From assembly GCF_020745735.1 (NCBI RefSeq), contig NW_026867501.1, positions 310,001 to 374,000 on the forward strand: 64,000 bases of DNA. Direction: 5' to 3'. Both the position numbers and the translations under genes were made by a program. Origin of the DNA: Hemiscyllium ocellatum (lineage: Eukaryota). Position 1 is the first letter of the stretch. Every line of letters begins with the position of its first letter. The notes under the pieces were generated by a model. It was not told the origin of the DNA, made no database searches, and was given only the letters and a program-made list of their open reading frames with translations. Positions 12,015-24,678 of this stretch are shown one piece after another.

Positions 12015-13499
12015 ACAACTCAGCCATTGCGACAGGCAAGGGCTTCAACAGATGTAATAAAACATCCTTGAAGGCATGGGCCACACCTTTTAAAGAGGTG
12101 AATTCCCATTTTAACTCCCGACATAAAAGGTAAAACTAAAATAAGTCGGTGAGTTTAAAAGTCCGGCCTTTGTCTATTCATCTCAACCTCAGTCCGGTCT
12201 GAAGTCCCAGCTTAACTCTTCCATGTTAGTTCACGCAGACGGGTTCGCTAATTTCTCCTAAACTGTGCTCAGTGTTGGTACAAGTATAGATCTAGATTTT
12301 TTCAATATCGGGACAATGTGTTGCTACTTCTGTGATGCTAGAATTGTTAGAGTACATATAATTCCCAACAAAGCGTTGAAGCATAAAGTTCCACAAGTTG
12401 TGCACCTACCAGTTAGAACAGCTGCAGCTGTGAGAAGTAAACACAGAGCTTTGGGCGACATTTTTTCAGAGATCACTATGAAAATGAACAAAACTGGCCG
12501 AAGCTAAAATTGTTCTCGTCAACAGTTGGGAAATGTTTCAGTTATTTCCGGATTGTTTCTCATTGGTTCATTGTTGGCAAAGATACCAGATGACAGCCAA
12601 TGGACTTCAAGTTCATTTATCCTTGAACCAAACACTTTCAATATCCTACGAACCCCACTTCACACCATGACTTTTGTAAGAAAGGAACAAAATTCTGAAA
12701 ATGGGTCAGTGGACTTGAAATTTTTGACGTTTTTTTTCTTCACAGATATTGTCAAAACTGCTGAGTTTCTCCGGATATTTTCGTTTCTGTCTCACGTTTC
12801 CAGCAAGTGCAATTATCTGCTTTTGGTTTAAATAACAAAGTGAATTTGATCAAGTGACAAAATGATAATATTTAAACGATATGTTGTTCTTTAAATTTTA
12901 TTATTTCTGTAGGCAAAACCAGTGATGGAAAGTACTTCATGTTGTTCCAGTATCAGAACTGGAGTTTCCCAGTGAACAGAGTACCTCGCTGACTGCGAGA
13001 GTTTTCCTGGAACTGATGCAAAGGGCCTGTGTGTCTAAGAAAACAGTCAGAAAAACAAATAAAGAAATAAATGAATGAACAAGTAAGATTTCAATAAATG
13101 TGAAAGTAGAAACGAATTTTTCTTCGACTGCAATTGCTGGTAAGTGCCATTAGGAGGCATAGGGACTCACTGGGTCGCAATGCTGCTTCCCTGCGCTCGA
13201 GATGCAAGTAAAATTTCACCTTCCTGCGACCACCTGCGTCGAGTTTGCACATTCTTACGATGCAGTGGGTGTTCTGATACTCGCCCACAGTTCAGTGATG
13301 TGCAGGCTAGGATGAATGACCGTGGGAAACTTGTGTTTACAGAAATAGAATGGATGTTTTCTGGAATGTAATTGCAATCTACATTCAATTAAACTGAATG
13401 GCCTGCTTCTAGATTCGCGGGATTCAATGGTATCAAAAACTGTCTTGCTTTAACTTAACCTTGCATCATTGCCAATGTACATCATGCATTTATATCAGA

Positions 13500-13930
13500 T
13501 GCAGTGTGCCAAAATGATCGCCCACCAACACATTGTCATGCAATATTAGAGATGAATATCGCCTTTGCCAGCAGCGCCCATGTAAGGACAATGGATATTT
13601 CAAGGAAAAAATTGCACTGTTGTAAAATCTCCCTTTCTTTAATGGGAATGGTGAGAAAGCAGCGATACATGTCAACACACCATCCAACCAATGACTGAAG
13701 TGAATGTACTGCTGACAAGTTTACAGATGATGCAAAATTAAATGAAAAGTCAATTGGTGAGCGTGACTCCAAGTGCCTGCAAGCGAACAATGACAGAGAC
13801 TGCATCAGAGAGTGTGATTATAACGCCTTCTGCGGGTTCTGTCGGAAATTTGCACTGCCAGGAAATGAACGATTTATGGATGGGGCAATACCAAATGATG
13901 AATTTTCAGGGAAGCATTCTTGAGATGGTT
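13500..13930 (+). mobile_element. Degenerate CR1 RT fragment
   Basis: gacaagtttacagatgatgcaaaa encodes a remnant of the (S)KFADDTK RT motif. Confidence 0.6.
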
Positions 13931-14419
13931 AGATTAAATAACTATTGAAGTTCAAAGAAAGGCGACTATACGACCTTTATGTTTCATTCAGTTGTAATTT
14001 AACCTGATCTTTTCTCACCATTCTCTCATGCAAAAGTCTTCTTGCTGAATTTCCCTGCTTTGTCTTTTCTCCTTCAATGTTTCTGGCTTGAAATTATTAT
14101 GGTCCTTCACCTCCGTCCACCTATCCAATTGTCTTCACTTCTGACCATCTTTAACTTTTGTAAGTCGATATTTTCTGTTGTAATTTCCTCTCATTTCCCT
14201 TCATTCGGATTTTTGGACCCCACAGTAACACAGATATTTCAAATCAGCACAGCGGAATACTCGAGACGTCTGTGTAATCTTATATAACCTTCTTCAGTAT
14301 CAACCCTCCCCTCTGGTGACATCCACAGACTTATTAACCATATCTTTTATATTCTCCACTAAATCATTTACATAAAGGACAAACCTAAAGGGATGCAGCA
14401 GCTGAAGATTGTGAGTGGT

Positions 14420-15050
14420 ATGAAGCGGAACCTGAACAAAAGCACTATTTCAATGCATCTTCTTCACTTGTCCGTCTTGGTAGCAGATATCGTTAGTGTT
14501 TGAGATATTACGGTGGACGGGTGTTGAGTAACCACTGTGTATCTTGCGAATGGTGCATACTGCTGTCTATAGAATGTCACGACGAAAGTTGCAGGAGGAA
14601 GATGGGATGCCTGTGAATGAGAATGCTTTGCAATTGATGTCGTCGAGCATCTTAAATGGTTTTGAAAGCCTTGCACTTATTATTGCAGATGCAATATTTA
14701 TATAGTTATACAAGTATCAGAACGATGGTAATGCCTGAGGTTGCTGACTGTCGGAGATTCAACGATGGTAATGCCATTGAACCTCTAGATGCAACGTTTA
14801 GAATACTTGCTGTTGCAAATGGTCACTGCATGGAACTTGGCTGATGCGAATGTTACCTTCACTTATCAGTAGAAATTTGAGTGTTGTCCTGATCTTCCAT
14901 GTCATCATGAAGGTGAACTGCGTCAATGACTGGGGAGTGGCAAATGATTCCGAGCCGTGTGAAATCATCATCAAATATACCAACTGCTGACATTATGATG
15001 GAGGGAAGGCAATTGATTAAGCACGTGAAGATTGTTGGATGACACAATAT
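14420..15050 (-). mobile_element. Old LINE remnant (family of 9.2-10.6 kb; paralogous to 51780-52830)
   Basis: Nucleotide similarity to 9500-10100 and, more closely, to 51780-52100. Confidence 0.7.
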
Positions 15051-15519
15051 GGCTGTTTCTCTTCTTATTTTTCACTGCAGAAGCTGGATTCGTGCACGCT
15101 GCACTATGTCTGATTGCATTATGTCTGAGTGGAATGTTCCACAGAATACTGAATATAATGAAATACTGTCGAAAGTTTAAAGGAAGGACACAGAGTGGAA
15201 AGATTTTTTTTATCAAAGAGATTGGTTATGAGAACCATCCTTATTTCGGCAGAGTGGAAAGAGTCGTCGAGGGAGGGACTTCCAGAGATTAGATCCACGA
15301 CAGCTATAGGTTGAAGTGACAGCTATGACCTGCTGCAGGGATGAACATGAGGACAGAATTGGAGGTACGTTGTGATAGTAGATGGTTTTAGAATTTCAAA
15401 TTGATGCAACTTGAAACATTGTTCTACTTACAAATATGAAAGTGAAATCTATCAAAGTGAGACATTGCCAGGCGGGAAGCCAATGTCAGATAATGTGCCT
15501 GGGAAAAGGGATGAACTGG

Positions 15520-15830
15520 ATACTGCACACTTACCTGGAACACAAATTCGAATCCACCCTTGTCTGTGTGGAGTTTACACATTTTCCCTGCGTCTGCATT
15601 GGTATTTGCTGCGTGGTCAGAATTCCTCCCACAATACAAAAATGTACAGGTTAGATGGGTTGACGATGCTAGATGGCATCATGTTTAGCAGGGGATATGC
15701 AGATTTGGTGAGTTAACTGTGATAAATACGGGCCTACCAGGACACGGTGGGTGTGGATGGATGCTCTTTGGAGGTTCGTTAAATACTTAATACGCCTATC
15801 AGCCTCTTCCCACACAGTAGGGATTCTATA
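15520..15830 (+). mobile_element. Degenerate HE1-type SINE
   Basis: tgtgtggagtttacacattttccctgcgtctgc...ttcctcccacaatacaaaaatgtacaggttag matches the body of the SINE at 34650-34967. Confidence 0.75.
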
Positions 15831-16051
15831 CTTCTATCATGTTTGTAAGGACAAGCAGATATGAGCAGAGAGCAGAAATTGCATTTACAAATGACTTATC
15901 CACGAGTGACTCCATGTATTTTAAAAAAGTCATTGCCAGAAAGTGACTAAGGATGTTTTAATATGATATCAATAACAGTCTGGATGAGACAAAAGCTGTC
16001 ATTTAAAATTAGAGCAGTATCATCTGGCTCTTTTGACCTCTTCCATCCAGC

Positions 16052-16850
16052 TTGATGGCAATCATAATGCTATCCCGAGGTCAGTGTAGACCCTCGCATT
16101 GCATTACCTACGATCTCATAGCGATAGTTATCGCTGCTTTCCTTGTTATTATCACTGGATGCATTCTGAATAGAATCTCCGGCATTTACTATAGATACAC
16201 TATCCTGTCTAATACACTAGTGAGTGTGTGTTTAGTGCAGTGGTGGTTTACATCAACCGAAATGGATAAGTCTGGCTTGCAGTAACCTCCACGATTCAAT
16301 GTTTTGTGGTCATCTCCTGCCAGAGCCTGAGCAGCAAAAACTGCACCGACAAAACTGCTTTGCGCCTCATGGGAGGGATCTGCTCCTTGTTCTGCATCAA
16401 GAACGCACCATTTTACTTTGTCTCACATCCCTTGCTTATACTGGAAGGGATGCTTTCTCTCTATGTCATCAAGACAAGCTTCTACACCTCGCTTGCTTGG
16501 CAGATCTACCGATACCATGACCATATATATCTTAACTCCCGTTCATTATCGTTCTACTGCTCACCGCCCTTACCGTTAGCATCATCATAGAGGCCAAAGG
16601 GCAGACAAAAGGTTCTGAAGCTCTGCATAGTGAAGACAACGAGATGATCAAGCACAATTGTTCCATTGTTCTTCTGTTCCCAATGTCTAACAGCTTTGTA
16701 TTCCTGTGGAGCTTTTATGTCAGACGATTCCTCTACACTTAGGTTCGAAGACAGGACTGCCTTGGTAGTCTGGATTTGGGATGTTTGCCGGCATATTCTG
16801 TTCTATTCGAACAAAATAGAACGTGTCTTCAACTACAGATCTGCAAATAT
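16052..16850 (+). pseudogene. GPR139-like GPCR pseudogene (G3)
   Basis: MAIIMLSRGQCRPSHCITYDLIAIVIAAFLVIITGCILNRIS.. and ..CIKNAPFYFV.. are colinear with the intact copy. Frameshifts and stops are present; exon 1 was not found. Confidence 0.85.
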
Positions 16851-16859
16851 AAATTCACC

Positions 16860-18860
16860 CCATATACATACAAGCGTGTGTTCGTGCATGTGTATGAGAT
16901 CTACCTGTGAGAGTGTCTGCGTGTGTGCTTGATAGTGTGTGGGCGAGTTTATTGGAGTGTTTGCCTGTGAGATGATGCACGTTTGAATGTGCATGTGTAG
17001 ATGCATGTGTTTGTGTGTGTCTGAGAGACTGCATGTGCCTGAGAGAGATCATGTTCGTAAGAGAGGGTCTGTGTGAGTGTGCAAGTGTGCGTATAAGGGC
17101 GTACAGTGTAGTGGCGTCCCTTGGAGTACGACATGAACCCAACATCCCGGTTCAGGTCGTTCTCATTGATACTGAATTCAGTGATCAGCCTCTGCTGGAC
17201 TATTCTGTGTTGTTACACATCCACATTCTGTCTTGGAGGATGGTCACGTGAAGATCCAAAGCAGAATATACTTCACGGGTGAAGTATTCTCCAACTGAGA
17301 GGCAGCATCCCTGTTTGGCGATTGCTGCACAGTGTTCATTTATTGGTTGTCTTCGCATCCGTGTGGCCTCGCCATTATACTATCATGAGAGCAACCTAGC
17401 CTGCAACATATGAGAGCGACGATGTTGGCCAAATCACATGAGTAACTGCCACGTATTTGATGGGTGGTGGCCAACGTGTAATTGTACTATCCAAGTCGAT
17501 GCTCTGACACGTCTTGCAATGGTGTGCTTTGGTGTTGTGTTCAATGTCATCCTGGACGCTTGGCATTTTGTTGCGATCAATGGTTTGTTTATACAAATCT
17601 GTGATGACAACCACTGCAACATGTGTCAGAATGTCACAATGGATACTATCATCACAAGTGCGGACACCACCCACCTGGTGTGTGGCAGATATTCATGCGA
17701 CTCAGCCAAAATTGTCTACCTCAAATGTTGCAAGCTGGGATCCCTGTGGCATCATATATTGGTGAGACCACGCGGGTGCTAAGAGAATGGGTGAATGGAA
17801 CCACACAACCATTTCCAGATGGGGAGCTCCCTTCCAGGCGTGGAGCACTTCGGGGTCAAGGAGGATCTCCCTCGGATCTTCAAGTGACCATGCATCATGG
17901 AGGAGTTTGGGTCACGGAAAAATGCAGGGTTGTCGAGAAGACGCTGATAGCCAATTTCGGTATTAATGAGGACATCCTCAAAAGGGATCGTGGATCATGT
18001 CACACCACAGGGTACTCCCCTACATTGTGCACCCTGAAACAGACACTCACACACAAGCAAATCAGCATATACATACATTCGGACACAGGATCACACTCGA
18101 ACAATCACACAGATCCTCCCTCACACACGCGCTCTCTGAATTACACTCGCACACACATTCACACTCAAACATATGTGCGCATCTTCTCACAGGCATATAC
18201 TCTGTCACCAACACGCACACACTGCATCCAGAGCGCACACGCATACACACACACACACTTACACACACACACACACACACTTTCTCCCTCTCCCACACAC
18301 GCATGTTTTCTGTCTCTCTCTCCCTCACACCCTTGCACACGCACATGTAAGTCTATGGGTTGAAATTATATTTGCAGATTTGTCTTTGCAAGTTTATTCT
18401 ATTTTGTTCAAAAATACACAATCTGTAGGCAATCAGTTCATGTGGTATTTGAAAGTTGCTACTTTGGAAATCAATGTAGTCGGACTTCAGCTTGGGATAC
18501 AGACAGACACTAACCGCACACATTTAATGTCTAAGTAGAGGTGTCACTTTTTTCTAATAAAACCTTAATTTATATCGGGACAGTGACGTGAAAGCAGTTC
18601 TGGGATATACATATCAATATTCGAAACCTGTATCCTCATTGTTAGTGATTAAAGATTTAACAGCAATCTGATTTTGTTCAATCCATCGCATCAGTCGTTT
18701 GACAGTTTGATCTTTTATTGTAAATGCTGTGTTCTATGATCCTGCCACACTAGCTGACAAAGGAGCAGCTCACCAAAAGCTCGTCCTTCCGGATAAACTT
18801 GTTGGATTGCAACCTGCTGTTGTGCGATTTTTTTGACATTACGATATAATTATTCTGACT
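16860..18860. mobile_element. Head-to-head inverted pair of Penelope-like (GIY-YIG) element 3' fragments with CA/TG microsatellite tracts
   Basis: The + arm from ~17590 encodes ..YIGETTRVLRE..FGINEDILKRDRG (GIY-YIG remnant). The reverse complement of 16860-17575 gives the same motif series. TG-rich tract at 16860-17100, CA-rich tract at 18040-18350. Confidence 0.75.
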
Positions 18861-18959
18861 GGACTCGACTGAAAAGCCTACCTGCAGCTTACGTGAATTA
18901 AGCTACCACTTAGTTTAATTATATTAATGAGTTTCCAAAAACTATGATTCACACAATCA

Positions 18960-19700
18960 TTATTTGATTGTCACGCTCTGCATCACTCATTGTTGAGACA
19001 TACAACTATTAACAGTCGGCCATTCTTAAAATAACTCATTCCTTTTTACTGTTTGATTTCTTCTCATTACTTCATCACAGCACCTTAACATCAATCTCGT
19101 AAGACCTCATCAGTCTGGCATGTTATCAAAACTTTCTAATGTCCGAAAATACATTGCACACACTGGTTGTCCCTTATTAGTGCTAAAATTAGCATCCACA
19201 AAACGAATTCCAATGGTTTTGCCAAACATTCATTCCCTTTTATAACTTCATATTGAGTCATCTCAATCATATCATATTTCAAAATGTCTACTTATCGTTT
19301 CCTTCATTATATGACGTGGCTTTTATTCTTATAACCAACATTCAACATGTCTTTGGTGGCTGTTTTCTTATCCCACTCTTCTTAAATAGTTGGGTTGTTT
19401 TCCCTACTTTCTAAACCTAAGGAACCATTCCGAAATTTCTCGAATTTCCAAGGATAACCATCAGTGCAATCACTTTTTTCTCCCCACATCATTCAAGACT
19501 CTGGAATGGACTCCATTTGGTCGAGGGATTTATCCATCTTTATTACAAGAAGTTTTCTGTTCTCATTTGCTAAAAAGTTTTCATGCGCTGGTATCAGATA
19601 CTATGCTTCTCAAATGTCATCCATCATTGGTAAACCGAATTTCAAACTTTTCAGCTTTAAATATAGATAAATGTTAAGACAGAATAACAGTAGAATGCAA
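18960..19700 (-). mobile_element. Old CR1 remnant
   Basis: Degenerate similarity to antisense CR1 RT sequence (e.g. 19140-19300). Confidence 0.5.
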
Positions 19701-20092
19701 ATCTTTAACTAATTTCACAACTAAAGAGACGAAACAATTGAGAAAATCGCAGAGAAGGGCTGAGAGTTCCTTCAAATTACGCAAAAGACATAAGCTCATG
19801 TTTTGAAATCGGGAATCCATTTGATGGAGAAATTAAAATACTTGGAAGGGGGCTTTAAATTTGCCGGTTGCTATTCTCAGTTTACGTGTGTGCAATTGTG
19901 TAACATTACAATTTACATAGAAAGCATGAAATAGTGAGTAATTAGGTTTTTTCGCCAGACTGAAACAAAGGTACATGTTGAAACTTAATTAACACTCTCG
20001 AGATCCTGAAGCATTATAAATTAGAGACCTGTTGTTTGTGTCACAGAGCTCATGTGAGAAGTTTTGTGATTTCCATTAGTTTATAACAAGTG

Positions 20093-21539
20093 ATGCATGG
20101 CCCAGCGAGTGGCCCTTTCTATGCCATTTACTATCCAGCTCTTGCTGCTATTGGTGTCCCTGGTAAGTTACAGATTCCAAATATATGTTTGTTAGTTGAA
20201 AGAAAATCTTTTGTATTAAATTTCAGGAATGACATTTTTTTCTGATCTTCACGACTGAAGGAATTGAGCGCAAGTCCCTATACATGTGTCAAACATTGAG
20301 CTTTCCTCAATTGCGTCCTCTGCAGTACACCGCAACATTCTATCCAAAATGTAATATTGAACAATTATGGAGCAATTGGTTATTACATCATTGAGTTCGT
20401 TATTGTAATATGTAGCATTGCCTGCATATTAATCAGAATAACTGCACAAAATTAAATTCAGTTGTAATGCTGGAAATTACTGATGTATGGAATAATACGC
20501 TATCGTTGCGTTCGATATTCTCATGCACAGATTACATGATAATCCCGAAGAAAATCATTGCAGGTAGGTCATTATTTTAAAGATTATAAGTATATCTAGT
20601 GATTAATCAGGTCCGTTCAATAATACTTCGCAATTTCCCCCAGCCAACCTGCTGGCGATCGTCATACTATTGCGAGGACGGTGTGGACTCTCTGGGTGCA
20701 CCACCTATTACTTGGTGGGGATAGCAGTGAGTGATTTTCTTGTGATCATCACTGGGTGCATCCTGAATCGGATCGGTGGCATTTATTTCCGACACAGCAC
20801 ACTGTCCACGACCACTGCATGTGCAGTCAGCACCGTGATGATCTATACCAGCCGAGATGGCTCAGTCTGGCTGACCGTGGCATTCACCATCGACCGTTTC
20901 GTGGCCATATGCTGCCAGAATATGAAGACCAGGTACTGCACTGTGAAAACTGCATCACTGTTCATTGGAGTAGTTTGTGTCCTGAGCTGTATCAAAAACC
21001 TGCCTTCCTACTTCGTCTACCAGCCCTTGTACATTGTGGACGGGAGGTCCTGGTTCTGTGACTTCAGAGACACGTACTATAACTCACCTGCATGGAAATC
21101 CTATGACTGGCTGAATCACATCTTGACGCCTATTCTCCCGTTCCTTCTTATTCTACTGCTCAATGCCATGACTGTCAGGTACATCTTGGTAGCCAGCAGT
21201 GCCCGAAGGAGGCTTCGGGGATTGGCGAGCCACGGAGACTCAGAAATGGCCAACCGCAAGAGGTCCATCATACTGCTCTTCACTATCTCGCTCAGTTTCC
21301 TCCTTCTATGGGTCACCTATGTCGGGCGCTTCCTCTATGTGCGGGTTACAGGTGAGGCATATTTCAGCGGCTTAGATTTCACTGACCCACAGTTTATTCT
21401 CCAAGAAACGACGAACATGCTGCAAATATTAAGTTCCTGCAACAACGTCTTCATTTATGCAATATCCCAGAACAAATTCCGAGATGAACTGAAGAAAGTG
21501 ATGTTGTCTCCCTTCACAACTCTCGCTGTGTGCAAATAA
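20093..21539 (+). CDS. Intact two-exon class A GPCR, GPR139/GPR142-like, 321 aa (G4): exon 1 20093-20162, intron 20163-20643, exon 2 20644-21539
   Basis: Spliced protein MHGPASGPFYAIYYPALAAIGVP|ANLLAIVIL... with a GTAAGT donor, cccag acceptor and seven hydrophobic segments. Motifs: TM2 IAVSD, TM3 SVWLTVAFTIDRFVAIC, TM6 LLFTISLSFLLLW, TM7 NMLQILSSCNNVFIY. These parallel GPR139 motifs as I recall them (VYYSLLLCLGLPANIL, SIWITVPLTIDRYIAVC, NMLALLNTAINFFLY). Orthology not established. Confidence 0.92.
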
Positions 21540-22769
21540 TGTTTTGACGTGTTCCATCGATCAGAGTGACTCAGTGCATAAAATATTCTCTCCTACTAAA
21601 AACTAAATAATGTTTGTGCGTTTCGTGCTTCACTACCGGAGATATGACCAGTTCCTTTTCCAGCCTTTATATTGCCTGTGATTAAGACAAACAGAAAATA
21701 AAAAGCAGCCGAAGTAGTGTTTTTATGGATGTGAGGCGAAATTGTCTTCTTTGCCTCTGATGACTGCATTATAGTTCTAGTGGTCTCGGCTAAGTCATTT
21801 AATATTCATCTATTTTGCTGCTTCCCTCCTTCCCTCTCAGTTGCCATTCTATTCTTCCTTCCTCCTTCTCCATCATTCGTGTTTCAGGATTATTGCATCT
21901 ATTTATTTGAATCGCACACGTTGCCTTTTACTTTGACATAGACCCGATGAACAGCTCATTACACCCTAAAAAATGTTCTCGACAGTTTTCATGTTCTCAC
22001 TGCATCATACAATCCATGCCTCTCCTGTTAAATCTCAGATTTACTTTTTGCAGCTCCAGAGATCTCGGCGTCTCCATCCCGTCCCAGCCTCTACACAGCA
22101 AACCTTGACATGCAGACATATATCCTGGACCTAAAGTCAAACGTAACTCTCGTTCCTTTAACCACAAGAAATTCAAGGTTATTTTCATGATTTCCTAACA
22201 TTGCGTTTTGATCAATATTCTAAAAAGCAAACAGAAACGATGCTTTGCTTGTACTACAGACAATTAACACATCTGCCAGGTCCTGATTGTTATTCCTCTC
22301 CTTTCCCTGTGTGAATATTGTGAATGGACTAAGGACACAATCTGGTGGTGGTTTTGGAAAATTAAGTCTAAATGTTTAATCAAATAAATTTAATGTTTCT
22401 GCTTTTTTTTTGCAATGAAACCGATATTATCATGAGGACAAACAATTGCTCCTCAATTTCAACGATTGAGGACATCTACATTGTTATTTATCTGTTTTTA
22501 ATCAGACTAATAATTTAATTTTTTTTAAAAATGTGTGTCATACATTCTTCGGAAGTGAACGTCTCCACCAAAGTTTCTTGCGTATTATTCATGCTGTAAT
22601 AGGGCTAGGATTTCTAGAAGTTTCAATATTCATGCAAATGAAAATGAAATGCAACAGGTGAATTGAACACGTTCCTTTAATTTACCATGTTCTGATCGTT
22701 GAGAGCACGGGTAAGTGGAGCTGAGTCCACAAAACAAATCAACAATTAGCTTATTATAAGGCGGAGCAG

Positions 22770-22960
22770 GCTTAAAGCGTCGAAGCCCCTATTCCTGCTC
22801 TTAATTCTAGTGTTCCTATCACAGTCAACTGGAACACGCAGTTTTCTGATGAAGAGTCACCGGCCTCAAAATTCTTACTCTGCTTTCTCCCAACAGCTGC
22901 TGCCAGATCTCCTGAGTTGCGCCAGCAACTTGAGTTTAGTTTCAGATCTTCAGCATGCAC
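22770..22960 (-). repeat. Short interspersed shark repeat (similar copies near 2.7, 12.7, 46.3, 59.2, 61.7 and 63.5 kb)
   Basis: Recurring core aactcag...tctggcagca(g)ctgt.g.agagaaagcagagt seen at several positions. Confidence 0.55.
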
Positions 22961-23618
22961 AGCACGTTATTTTATTGTTATGGTACAGACAATAATATGA
23001 AATACCAATTAACGATTGTTCTGATATAATGTTTGAAAGTTCTATCCAGGAAGTGGACTTTGACAAAACACTTTTTTGTTTGCATATCTCGATGAGTTGG
23101 CAATTTACACGACTTTAATCTTTCCTGTGGTGTATCTATATGCTGCACAGTACAGTTTTTTCAACACTTAACACCGACAGGTCGGCGTTATTCTGGACCT
23201 GCAAATCGACAACGTGACATTTTGGAACTGTTATCATGAAGATGCAATGGCAGTACACAACAACCCACAATGTGGAGGTTGTTTCAGTGTCTCATTATTA
23301 GAATTTTGTGACAGGTCATTGTATCTCAAACAGGATACTACAGTTCCCTGTTTTGCCTGAAGATTTTGCTGGATCAAAACGAGTCCCTGAATTTTCTATC
23401 GCACGTCATTCCTAAAACAATAAAACGTTTTGGAACACCATGAAGGATGCAAAATAAATTAGTTGTTTTCTGTTCTCGAAATTGACGGCATTCCTTTCAA
23501 TAATAGATTTATACCAATTAAAGTGTTGTGTCCGAATGATAAGTATCAGCTATCACCTTGAACTCCGGAACCACATTAGATCCACTCCTGATCTCAATGT
23601 TTGCCTAGACGCTCCGAG

Positions 23619-23657
23619 AGTTTTTGTACACGGTCAGCCAAGTTCTGAGTCTCTGTG
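23619..23657 (-). other. 23-RSS of V2 (intact)
   Basis: CACAGAG (23657-23651), 23-nt spacer, ACAAAAACT (23627-23619). Confidence 0.95.
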
Positions 23658-24091
23658 GGACTCAGTGCGCAGTAATACACTGCAGTGTCTGTGAGTACTG
23701 TTTTCAAAACCTTCAGCTGCATAGTGCGGTTCACATGGTCAAAGTCCCAGGAGAGCTTGTCTGGTAGAAAACTCGTTTTCTGGCTATATTGGTTAATCTG
23801 CAGCAGAACATTCATGGACCCGTTGGAAGGTTAACGGTACCAGAACAGAGCAGGATTGCTGTTTATTGTAGAGTACTGACAGAACAACAGGGCATCATCA
23901 CCCTCGTTTACTGTGATTTCAGGCGGAGTTTGTGCGACAGAATCGCCATGACAAAGTCCTGTAAGAGCCAAGAATTAAAGAAATTTAATGAGGTACTTCA
24001 ACATTCTTATCTCATATACTCAGCCAGTTTACCTTCATCAACAACCCGAGAAAGAAAAAAATCAGGGAATTTGGACTGGGATCAATTTCAT
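23658..24091 (-). pseudogene. TCR V pseudogene (V2), paralogue of V1: leader 24091-24033, intron 24032-23959, V exon 23958-23658
   Basis: GLCHGDSVAQTPPEITVNEGDDALLFC...LFWYR*PSNG...TDTAVYYCALSP, with TAA at 23833-23831. The leader MKLIPVQIP* contains stops. Confidence 0.92.
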
Positions 24092-24678
24092 ATTAGGAGA
24101 TCATTCCCCATTTCATCTCCCACAACGTGAAAGGAAAACTGAAATATATTGGTGAATATAAAACACTCCGTTCTGTCGAATTATCTCAATGGCCTCGGTC
24201 CTGCCTGAATTTGCCGTCTAACTATTCCACTGCCATTCACTCACGTAAATTTGCTAATTTCTCTCGAAATCTGCTCATTGTTGGGGAAAGCTTAGATCTG
24301 AATAGTTTTATTTAGGAGAATGTATTCTTACTTCTGCATCACTCAAATTGATCGAGTAAACGTAAGTCCCAGCAAAGAGCTGACACACATAAGTAGACAA
24401 GCTTTCAACGTACCAGTGAGAAGACCTATAGTTCAGAGGAGTAAACAAAGAGCTCCAGGTAACATGTTTGCAGAGAATTTGCGATGAATGTGAGCAGAAC
24501 TGGCTGACGCTAAAATGGGTTTCATCAAGAGTAGGGTAATTGAGGTTGAGTAATTTCCGGATCTCTCCTCGTTGGATCATTGTTGCTCAAGGCATCACAT
24601 GATAGCCAATGAGCTACAGGCTCCCTTATTACTCAATTCCGCCATTCAGCTTCAAGCTCTTTTGAGCTCCACTTCATA

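Noticed and set aside
16855-18538. Many overlapping His/Thr- and Cys/Val-rich ORFs
   Set aside because: Translation products of CA/TG microsatellite tracts in Penelope remnants.
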